DNA of 64,000 bases, taken from the NCBI GenBank assembly GCA_051313645.2, contig JBNRSN020000014.1, forward strand, positions 145,390,001 through 145,454,000, given 5' to 3'. Source of the stretch: Centroscyllium fabricii. Lineage: Eukaryota. Shown piece after piece: positions 35,601 to 47,600 of this stretch. The notes beneath the pieces are model-generated. The model was not told the origin of the DNA, ran no database searches, and saw only the letters and a list, made by a program, of their open reading frames with translations. The translations under genes were made by a program, and so were the position numbers. Numbering within the stretch: the first letter of the stretch is position 1; each line of letters begins with the position of its first letter.

Positions 35601-38600
35601 TCCTATAATATGCCCAAAACTGGGGCAGCGTTGCAAAGAGCTGTCCTTGGCCCTGTTGCCTCGCAGATGGATAAATCCTAAATCGGAATGCCAAGACTCC
35701 TTAGTATAGAAACATAGCAAATAGGTGCAGGAGTAGACCATTCGGCCCTTCGAGCCTGCACCGCCATTCAACACGTTCATGGCTGAACATGCTACATCAG
35801 TACCCCATTCCTGCTTTCTCGCCAGATCCCTTGATACCCCTAGTTGTAAGTATTACATCTAACTCCCTTTTGAATATATCTAGTGAACTGGCCCCAACAA
35901 CCTTCTGTGGTAGAGAATTCCACAGGTTCACCACTCTCTGGGTGAAGAAGTTTCTCCTCATCTCGGTCCTAAATGGATTACCCCTTATCCTTAGTCTGTG
36001 CACCCTGGTTCTGGACTTTCCCAACAATGGGAACATTCTGCCCGCATCTAACCTGTCTAAACCCATCAGTATTTTAAACGTTACTTGGAGATGCATAGAT
36101 AGATACATAGATGATAGGAGCAGGAGTAGGCCATTCGGCCCTTCGAGCCTGCTCCGCCATTCATTGAGATCATGGCTGATCCTTCAGTTCAGTATCCCGT
36201 CCCTGCCTTCTCTCCGTAACCTTTAACCCCTTTTGCCTGCAGAAATATATCTAATTCCCTCTTAAATATATTTAATGAGCTGGCGTCCACTGCCCTCTGT
36301 GGCAGTGAGTTCCACAGGTTCACCACTCTCTGGGTGAAGAAATTCCTCCTCATCTCTGTCCTAAATGGTTTAGCCCTTATCCTTAAACTGTGTCCCCTAG
36401 TTCTGTACTCTCCTGCCATCGGAAACATTCCTTCTGCATCTAGTCTGTCCAGGCCTGTCAGAATTTTATATGTTTCTATGAGATCCCCTCTCAATCTTCT
36501 AAACTCCAGTGTGTACATCCCCAGACTACATAGTCTCTCCTCATAGGTCATTCCTGCCATTCCTGGTATCAGCCTGGTGAATCGCCGCTGCACTCCTTCC
36601 ATGGCAAGAACATCCTTCCTCAGATGAGGCGACCAAAACTGCACACAGTACTCGAGGTGTGGTCTCACCAGTGCCCTGTACAGCTGTAGTAAGGTGTCCT
36701 TGTTCCTGTATTCTAACCCTTTTGATATGAAGGCCAGCATACCATTTGCCTTCCTGACCGCCTGTTGCACCTGCATGCTCGCCTTCAATGACTGGTGCAC
36801 AAGAACACCCAGGTCTCTCTGTACTTCCCCATCTCCCAATCTATTGCCATTTAAATAATAATTTGCCCTCCCGTTTTTGCCCCCAAGGTGGATAACTTCA
36901 CACTTATCCACATTATAGTGCATTTGCCATGTATCTGCCCAGTCCCCCAATTTGTCCAAATCGCTCTGGAGCTTCCTGATCTCTTCTTCTGAGCCTACCC
37001 CCCCTCCTAGTTTAGTGTCGTCTGCGAATTTGGAGATGCTGCATCCGATTCCCTGATCCAGGTCATTAATATCCACCCTAATTCTTCTGAACTCGAGAGT
37101 ACAAGTTCAGTTGATCCAGTCTTTCTTGATATGTCAGTCCGGCCATCCCGGGAATCAATCTAGTAAACCTTCGCTGCACTCCCTCAATAGCAAGAATGTC
37201 CTTCCTCAAGTTAGGAGATCAAAACTGCACACAATACTCCAAGTGTGGCCTCACCAAGGCCCTGTACAACTGTAGCAACACCTCCCTACTCCTGTACTCA
37301 AATCCCCTTGCTATGAAGGCCAACATGCCATTTGCTTTCTTAACTGCCTGCTGTACCTGCATTTCCACCTTCAGTGACTGATGTACCATGACGCCCACGT
37401 CTCGTTGCACCTCCCCTTTCCCTAATCTGTCACCATTCAGATAATAGTCTGTCTTTCTATTTTTACCGCCAAAGTGGATAACCTCACATTTATCCACATT
37501 GTACGTCATCTGCCATTCATTTGCCCATTCACCTAACCTGTCCAAGTCACTCTGTAGCCTCTTAGCATCCTCCTCGCAGCTCACACTGCCTCCCAATTTA
37601 GTGTCATCCGCAAATTTGGAGATACAACATTTATTCCCTTCGTCCAAATCATTAATATATAATGTAAACAGCTGGGGCCCCAGCACCGAACCTTGCACCG
37701 CCTGCCATTCTGAAAAGTACCCATTTACTCCTAAGTTAGTATCACCAACTTGAGATGTCTGCAAATTAACGGGAGGGTAGATTAAAGTGGCCGCTGAGGC
37801 TTTGTGCTATGTACCTACGTGGCCAACACAGACCACAAGCTTGGACGCCCTCGCTCCAGGGATTAGTGAGGAAGAGGAAAATCTAAATTGAAGTTAAAAT
37901 TATTATAGTTTAAGTCCCAACTTTTAATTTGTGCAAATGGAGTTCATGTTTAAATGCTGGAATTGAAAGCAGTTTTGTGGGTTTTTTCCTCCCTTATTCC
38001 CACTTAATCCATTGACACGATCCTTAATTGGTCATTTTATTTGCAAGGACTTTTTGCTAAATATTGGATTTGGATTATGATGTAGAAAGCATAGACAACA
38101 GGAAGAAACCTCAGCAAAAATAAATCTTCAAAATTCTTCCCAGGGTCATATGTAATGTAAATTTGGAGAAAGGGTTAACATTTCCTTCCCATAATAAATG
38201 CATATTTATCATCCATCTGTGCATATGTCCTGTCATCGTTTACATTTATTGATTTTTGTGCCCATATTTACAGTAGAAATGACCTATCTTGTCATACTAT
38301 AATTGCGCTCTACTGTCCGTGATGGCAGTCCTTCCAGCTCCTCAGCCTAGACTGCAACTAACTCTGCTTTGCAGACGGTGCTAAGCTTTTCTACTTAAGA
38401 TCAAAATATTGAAAGAATTAATAGAATGTGGGGACTGAATTTTAACTGGTAAAATGATTTATGCCTCCCCCACCCGCGCCCAAACATAAGAAGTAGGAGT
38501 AGACCTTACGGCCCCTCGGTCCTGCTCCGCCATTCAATAGGATCATGGCTGATCCAAACGTAGACTCGCGTCCACTTCCCTGCCCGCTCCCCGTAACCCT

Positions 38601-41600
38601 TTATTCCCTTATCAGCTAACACACGGGTACACGTAGCCTTGACTTTGTGCAGTGCCACAAGAGGTTAACTGGAATTGTATTAGCAACTTTACATGTGTGT
38701 CCACCAATGTTCGCTGTCATTTCTTTGGCCCTGCGCTGCCCCTTTAAAACACGCAGTTTATACATTGAAAAGCCAGCTGCACGGGTTCCCTGGAGCACGG
38801 CACAACTTAAAGGGAACATTGGTGTCCACTGCCCGTGGCGGCTTTTCCCCGTCATAAATGCCTGTCTCCACATTTACAATGGGAGCTGCCTGTGTAAGCT
38901 TGTCACGCTGTAATTACACCTTTTCTGCCAGTAGTGGTACTGTAGCACCGCAGTTTTACGCCTCCCAGGTCCTCTACCTGTACCGAAGAGAAACTCCTGC
39001 GCTGCGACCAATTCTATTCCCCTAAGTTTTGCTATTTAATTATACATATCAAATGATAATACAGGTTGAGCACCGTTAATCTGGCACCCTCGGGACCAGG
39101 CCGGTGCCGGATTACTGAAAATTCCGGAGCACTGAAGGTTCGGGGGGAGCGCGTGGTGGAACACTCCCCGGGGCCCGGAGCGAGCGGTAGAACACTCCCC
39201 GGAAGGGGGCCCGGGGAATAGAACACTGTCCAGCAGCAACCCCGACGCTCGCCCACCCTTCGCGGGAACCGGTGCCGCCACCGAGCGGCTGCTGCACAAA
39301 CTGAAGGCCGCTGGTTTCGATTCGTGCTGCCGAACCACTGAAGCTGCCGGACCTTCGAGTGCCGGATTAACAGTGCTCAACCTGTATGTTAGAAGTAAGG
39401 ACCGTGTATGATTTTAAAATAAGGGTGAATTCCATCCATGTGACCTGATCCAATTACCTCCCACCCTCTAACTCCACTTTACCTGAAGATTTCACACTTG
39501 GCCTAGACTCCCCGTTTGCAGTGCCATGTAAGGTCAGCTAATATTTAAAATACTAGTTAGGAAAGCTGTTGTACCTCCAATAGGTAATGCTGCAACAACT
39601 TCTGTTCTTGCTCCTGAGTTGGTGCTGCAACTCTAAGAAAGTGATTGATTGCAAGAGTACCTATTCTTTGTTCCAAAGAAGGCAATTTAGATTTTCATTC
39701 TGTTGCCACAAACACAGCTGAAGGAAATGCTGTTTCCTCCGATTATCTGTGAGCAAGGCCACAGGACATTGCATCTAATTGTATAATAGACTAGTCATAG
39801 TCCGGGAAGGTGAGCAATGGAGCAGCAGAAAAAACATGCACATACAGGACAATGCATGTAGAGTAAATATATTTCTTAATCAATTCAGAGGTCAACCAGT
39901 ATCATTTTATTTTTCACCTGAAGTACAGTCTGTCATGGCAAAAACAGTTTCACTGTATTTGAAATATGGGATGAAGGGAGTAGTCATTGCTGCTATTCAT
40001 GGTGCACAATGGAAATAGTGGCTCCTGAGCACCTGCCGTCCTGTGCAGGCAGCATTCTTGCACACTGCCTCCCACTGTCAATAATGGATGGTGGGGGTGG
40101 ATCTGAAGACACTTGGTTTGTCACACCTACCCAAGATGTCTTGTTCTCGTTTCAGCCTCACTTTTTTTGATCTATCTTAAATGTGGAGAACAAGGAAATC
40201 ATATGAATGTAGTTACTGATTCTGTAAGTTAGACTTGATGTCCTCAATGCACTCGAATAAACTAACTGGACATTGTCTGGATGAGCGTAATGACCCTAAT
40301 ACAGTACTTTAAATGCCTGGAGTGCAGTTTGGGATTTTACTAGTTTTTACCACCCCACGGTCGTCATCACATCCTTAGCAGCTCAACACATGGAGCTGAC
40401 ACTCTTCCCACCCAACCCCCATACTTTGCTGGGCAGAAAATTAACATTGGTACAAGATTCTCGCTCGCTCGCACCAATTTCATATAGTTTTTCTGTAAAA
40501 CATTTAAATCCTTTTTCAGTTCTGTTCTATGTTGGAGTGGCAACTGTATGCAAAGTCACTTCCTTTAGCACTGAGCTTATACTGTGTGATATTTTGCACC
40601 CCTGTTCATCTATTAAAGCACAGTCTGAACCCAACAGTTATATTTAAGAGCGTTTCATTGTAGTGTGAATTTTATTCTTATCCCCCGCCCCTCCCCACCA
40701 CACACTACATGTACACTAACTATGGACAGTATAAAAGAATGCTTATGCAGGTGAGTTTAACTGAAATGTGAGAGTAATGACCAGGCTGTCTATTTGGGTT
40801 TGAAATATGTGCCTTATCATGGTTTAAATGTGAATGTCTGTATTTAATTCTTCCATTAACAGATTGATGACTCTGGAACATCTATCTCTCTGGCCCAGCT
40901 TACAAAGGTAGAAAATGTTTTTTTTGTTGTTAGTGGTGTCTTTTTTCCTGCAAATTCAATTCATTGCAAAGTTTAATTGTATTAAATGTTGCACTAATCT
41001 GTAATTGTCCCATGCATTATCCAGCACAAATTTACATTAATGCATTGTATATTATCATTTTGCATAATGTTGCGTATATTCAAATGCATTTAATGTCATT
41101 AAAAGGTATTGTAATTTGTGTCAATGTTAGTAGCCTGGAACATGAATATATACTGAATATCCTGTAAAGAGTGAGTGATATGGGGATGATGGAAGGGGAG
41201 TCCCTCGACAGCCTCACCTAGCTACCATAATGCACACCTACCTCAGTCAGCTTTGAAAATGCAGCAAGATCAAACCTTAGCTTAATGTCTTGCTTAAATC
41301 TGGGATGCGGTGAATACTAAATCGGTTATTTCACCTGTTGGCTTTGAACACCTCGCCAGTAAAGAAGGCGGTAGAAGAATGGAAAAGCCCAGATCACTGG
41401 ATACGGTGATTGGTATGAAGGTTCTCGCCTTTAGCACAGTCAAATCCATGTACGGCTGTAAACAAAAGGACTGTTACCTCAGCAATACAGCCAAGAATTG
41501 AAAGCTTCCTTTGTTGATGTTATTAAAAGTATAAATCTTGTGTGTAAACTTTACCTGAATTTTACAGCAATGTCTATACAGTCAAATAATCATGAATTGA

Positions 41601-44600
41601 ATAAGTGTATTCCAATCCCGTGTTGTACTGACCCATGCATAGCTTAGCTTGGACCATGTAAATGTAAACCACTAAATACAATAAACTATGTTCTCTTTTA
41701 AGATCAGATGTTGGAAAGGATGTATATGGGTGGTCATTTGTTTGAACACAGACTGAACCTATGTGAAATCTGTGTATTTGTTGCTGTGTCTTTATGTAGC
41801 TGATCTATAGGGAGAGACGAGTATTAGTCATGGTAGTCAATGCTTGTGGCATGGGGAGAACAAGGTGCGGATGTCAGTTATTACTCAGTGTTTTTACATT
41901 GCCCAAACTTGCTGTACTTACCCTCCTGGTTTGTAGATCTCTCTGAATATTCTGAATTTAAACCCAATGTTACTATGTGTGCAGTAAACACATCCTCATT
42001 TTAGCACACCTGCAGAACCACACACCCATGCACTGGTATCATTTCTAGCCTCTGGTTTTTTAATATAAAGTAAAATGCTGTTTGGGTTCAAACAGATGTG
42101 TTTTGTGTGTGAGGTACAGTCAAACCTTGATAGGATCAATCTCCATTTGCTGCACCACGGAATTGGAGCTAAATTACTACATGACACCTGGATAATGGGT
42201 GAGCAGTGAGGTTTTCTCATCTGTGGGGCTCTTGATGTGCGAGCCTCACAGCATTGAGTTAGGTGTTCCAGTGGGCATTTAGTTGAATGGTATTCAAGCA
42301 CCGAGATTCGTTTGTTGAAATCGAGTGATTTCTTCGTGTAGCATACTGTTTTTCCAATGATTTTATTTCTAATCATTCCTGAGATACATTTAAATACTAT
42401 GTGAATTCTTTCTGAAATGCAGAGGTTACTCAACATTTCATTCGTTGTTAACATCATGAGTCAGGTGGTCTAATGGGACAGATCGCAGTGGCTGTTCAGC
42501 ATGTAGCCTCCCTCCTTTTACGAATCAGCATCCCACGTGGATATCTTATTCCATCCATTGGCATGGGTTGCATTTATACTGTCTGGAAGAGTAAGACATT
42601 TCCTCTTAGCCAGGAGAAGTGCTGCGTTGACCTGTTCCAGAGCCTGGTTTGAAAACCTGCTGCAGCTACAAAGAAGGCGTTTCCTTGCTGTGACCAGTAC
42701 TTTGCCAATCCACTCCTCATACGGGTTCTGTCAAATTCTGAGGAATGTCCAAAAAGAGGTTCCATGTTGATCAGTATCGCCCATGAGCTGTCATTTTGCT
42801 AATAGGAAATTGCCCAGAAACTTCAGGATTGATGCATCAAGTGCAAATACTCGAATATAAAAATCCGAATGCCACAAGAAGGAACCTGTTCTCAGTGCAG
42901 ACCCCTTCCAGGTGGCAGCAGGGAATGTGACTTTGATGTGTTCATGACTGCTGATGCTGGACTGCGCTGTGACTGCATTTGGAGAGCACTGAAGCATAAT
43001 AATTCGGTATCTCGGCTGTGCATGGAATCTATAAAATCTTGTTTACAGAAGTATAAAATCTGCTGCGTAAAGGTATAAAAAGCCCGCTTCCATGAAGGTA
43101 AGTGCTACGGTATATCCGAATCTCAGGCCCTGCCTGGGAAAGGCTTCAGTCATCCCGCAGCTGGAAAACTGGACTCACTAACTGAAGCATATACTCTGAA
43201 TCTGAAATACACAAGCTGGTGCTGCAAGAAGCCACAGGTTGTTAGTATATCAAGTTCCACACACTGGCAGTTTGAGCCAGAGGGAGGCTAAGATAATTGC
43301 AGACCATAGTCATTTAATACTCTAACTCATTTTCCATGGGGACACACCACAGTACTTGAACCTTGACTGAAATTCCTGAGCAAAGTGATGTCTTAATTCC
43401 ACCTACAGGAAACTTTTTTTTTTAAATCCGGGACCGGCGTGGTGCCGGTTTATCAGAGTCCAGATTACAGAGGTGCAGTAAACGGTGCGAGAATTCAGTA
43501 CACCAACAGATCCAGGCGTCTCTGTTGCTTAGCAACGGGTGCAGGAACCCCGGCCGCAAGATCAGGCTTCCTTGTTGCTTAGCAACAGGTGCAGGAACCC
43601 CGGCCACAAGATCCAGGTGTCCCTGTTGCTTAGCAGGTGCAGGAACCCTGATTACACGGCCACAGATCCAGGAACGGCCGCTAATATGAAGTAAAACTTA
43701 GCCGAGCCTACTCCTGAATTTTGCTGGTTAACAGAGATTTCCGGTTATCTAGGTGCCGGTAAATCGAGAGTTTTCTGTAGTTGGACATTTTCCTACCATT
43801 CTGGGAACCACTCAAACCCTATTTGAATTACGAGCTTTTGAGAGGACCTTGATTACCACTTAGGGCACAAACTATTTCATTGTCTTGAAATTCAGATCAA
43901 CCCATGATGACTCTTCTCATTTCTTCCCCCTCTCCTCTCAATTGGTGGGAGCCTATATTCTACAATGCTACCAACTATCAAGGAAAATGTGTGGTTTCCC
44001 CCCCACCCACCCACCCTCAAATGAGCTATTTATGGTTCGTAAAAAGTTAAATTATTCACCTTTAGGTCTGTTGTGCTGCTCATTCTTAACGTGAACTTGT
44101 TCATATTCCAAATTGCCCCTCCTTTCCTTTCGGGTGACTCCCGACGGGTTTGATTTCTGTGTTGTACTCTACAGGTAGTTTTTTGCATGACTATTTTGGA
44201 CAAACCGTTACTATCATTGATCAACGTTTGAGTAGATTGGAGTCCTTGCTTAATGTTATGGTTTTTAGCTTCCTTTGGTCTAGTATTTTTTTTTAAACCC
44301 AGAAAGTGACCATGGGAGTGCTACATGAAGGGGATGGATGGTGTGAAGATGAAAATCTCAATGACTGGTTCAGTTTAAAATCTGACTTAGCTGTGTGGAA
44401 TCACTGAAGGATGATGAATACTGCAGCTAGCAGTGAGAGCACTGGAACAAGCCCCTTGGGACTAGCAGAAAAATACAGGTCCACCTTCTGCTACCCATGA
44501 CGTAGAGAGAGATGGAGAATATTTCTCCATGTAACTGAAGTTCTTCTATCTGCAAGACCCAGCAGAATGAGGCCATTCTTAAGAGTGTAAACCAGTAATG

Positions 44601-47600
44601 CACTGCTATTTAGTGCAACATTGTGTTGATTACATATTTGTGTCCAATATTTAAAAAATCTGATGTTCAGCCATTCTGTGCTTTTGGTATGGGTTTGTTA
44701 TTGGAACTTGTGACATCAAGGGAACAGTAGCATAGTGGTTATGTTACTGGACTTGTAATCCAAAAGCCAGCATTTATTGCCCATCCCTAATTGCCCTTGA
44801 GAAGGTGGTGGTGAGCCGCCGCCTTGAACCGCTGCAGTCCGTGTGGTGAAGGAGCTCCCACGGTGCTGTTGAGGGAGTTCCAGGATTTTAACCCAGCGAC
44901 AATGAAGGATCAGCGATATACTTCCAAGTCAGGATGGTGTGTGACTTGGAAGTGGTGGTGTTCCCATGGTCCTGCTGTCCGGGCGGCATGGTGGCGCAGT
45001 GGTTAGCACTGTTGTCTCACAGCACTGGAGACCCGGGTTCAAATCCAGCCTCTGGTACTATCTGTGTGGAGTTTGCACATTCTCCCCGTGTCTGCGTGGG
45101 TTTCCTCCGGGTGCTCCGGTTTCCTCCCACGGTCCAAAGATGTGCGGGTTAGGTTGATTGGCCATGATAAATTGACCCTTCGTGTTAGGGGGATTGAATA
45201 TGTGGGGTTACGGGGATAGGGTGTCGATGCAGGCTTGATAGGGATTGAGGGATATGGGGAGAGGGCAGGGGCGGGGTACTGGGTTTGGATGATCAGCCAT
45301 GCTCTCATTGAATGGCGGAGCAGGCTCGAAGGGCCGAATGGCCGCCTCCTGCTCCTAGTTTCTATGTTTCTGTGTCCTTGTCCTAGGTGGTAGGGGTCAC
45401 GGGTTTGGGAGGTGCTGCCGAAGAAGCCTTACCTGAACTATTGTGGGGGTGGGGTTTACCTTGGTTATAATGGTGGCTTACCTCGATCATGGTTGGGTGT
45501 GGGGAGTGTTTCTCTATTACCAAGCCGGTGGTTATTTGTTAGTGAGGTGGTTCCAAAATTAGTCATGTGAGTGTGTTGTCGTGGAGGGGTGCGGGGAGAT
45601 GGCTGAGCAACGGTGGGTTATCCATGTTAAAGTGAGTGGATTGTTCTTGACATGCTGTCAGAGAAAATTCTGGAGTCCATTATTAAGGAAGTAGTAGCAG
45701 GACATTTAGAAAATTATAAGACAATCAAGCAGAGTCAGCATGGTTTTATGAAAGGGAAATCATGTTTGACAAATTTGCTGGAGTTCTTTGACGATATAAC
45801 GAGCAGGGTGGATAAAGGGGAACCAGTAGATGTAGCATATTTAGATTTCCAGAAGGCATTTGATAAGGTGCCACATAAAAGGTAAGAGTGCAAGAGCGCA
45901 CAGGGTTGGGGATAATATATTAGCATGGATAGAGGACTGGCTAATTAACAGAAAACAGAGTTGGGATAAATAAGTAATTTTCTGGTTGGCAAATGGGGTG
46001 CCGTAGGGATCAGTGTTGGGGCCTCAACTATTTACAATCGATATTAATGACTCGGATGAAGGGGCCGAGTGTAATGTAGACAAATTTGCTGATGATACAA
46101 AGATAGGTGGGAAAGCAAGTTGTGAAGAGGACACACAGAATCTGCAAAGGGATACAAATAGGTTAAGTGAGTGGGCAAAAATTTGGCAGATGGGGTATAT
46201 TATCCACTTTGGTTGGAAAAATAAAAAAACCAATTTTTATTTAAATTGAGATTACAAAATGCTGCAGTACAGAGGAATCTGGGGGTCCTTGTACATGAAT
46301 CATAAAGTTAGCAAGTAATGAGGAAGGCAAATGGAATGTTGGCCTTTATTGCAAGGGGGTTGGAGTATAAAAGCAGGAAAGTCCTGCTACAGCTGTACAG
46401 GGTATTATTGGTGAGACCACACCTGGAGTATTGCGTGCAGTTTTGGTCTCCTTATTTAAGGAGGGATATATGGTTGGGCCTTTACTCATTGGCGTTTAGA
46501 AGAATGAGAGGTGATCTTATTGAAACATATAAGATGCAGAGAGAATGGTTCCCCTTGTGGGGGAAATCCAGAACTTGGGGGCATAGTTTCAGAATAAGGG
46601 GCCGCCCATTTAAAGTTGCGATGTGGAATTTCTTCTGAGGGTGGTGAATCTGTGGAATTCTTTTCCCCAGATAGCTGTGGAGGCAGGGTCATTGACTATA
46701 TTTAAGGTGGAGATAGACTGATTTTTCATCGATAAGGGAGTCAAGGGTTATGGGGAGTGGGCAGTGAAGTGGAGTTGAGGCAAAGATCAGATCAGCCATG
46801 ATCTGTCTGAATGGCGCAGCAGGCTCGAGGGTCCGAATGGCCGACTCCTCCTATTTCTTATGTTCTTTAAAAGTAAGAGAAATGCTGCCAAGTTGCCACC
46901 ACTTGAAGTGCAGATGATTTTTGTTTCGGGTGGAAGGTTTCACAGGGCGGGTGTGCACATTCTGAACATTTTGCCAGTTACACCATGCTTTTAACAATCT
47001 CGGTGCAGTGCCTGATCAGGACAGAGTGCTTGTGTGCTGTTTTCGTTGCTATGAAATCCCACTGGAAAAAAACCCTCAAATAATCTCTAATAACCAATGA
47101 CGATGAGAGAACCTCAGAAGTTGCTGCTCTGTGAGTTATCCTGTGTGTTTTGGTAGAATAAATGCTGCCCCAATTTAGATTTATTTCCAGGACTCCCAGT
47201 CTCGCCTTTGAACTGGGTGGTGACATGGCCACAGGACAGGGCTGCATTAACTCTTCAGTCTAATGTGACCATTTCTCCTCCAACTTATTAGAAATTGCAG
47301 TGTTTTCCCCTGATGCCAGTTGAGGGCTTATTGTGTGGTAAATTGTGGGCGCTATGCAAAAATGTTCCCTTCCTGCTTTGTATAGCGTGCCAATTCATTA
47401 CAGTTTAATAGCTGAGTTTTACAACCGGTCACTTATTTAAATTTGTGTTAACTTGATGTACACTGGCATTGAAAAACGAACATCACAATGTGTAATGTCT
47501 GTTAAGTTCAGTGTTTTAATAGTAGAACTTGTTCCTGATCAAAATGCCTGAATACCCAATGAAAACGTAGGCTGAGAAACTGATGAGTGGTCACCCACGC

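Noticed and set aside
44981-45055. tRNA-like sequences with A/B boxes (also 17702, 23920 and others)
   Set aside because: They run directly into SINE core domains and do not form a complete cloverleaf; SINE heads, not tRNA genes.
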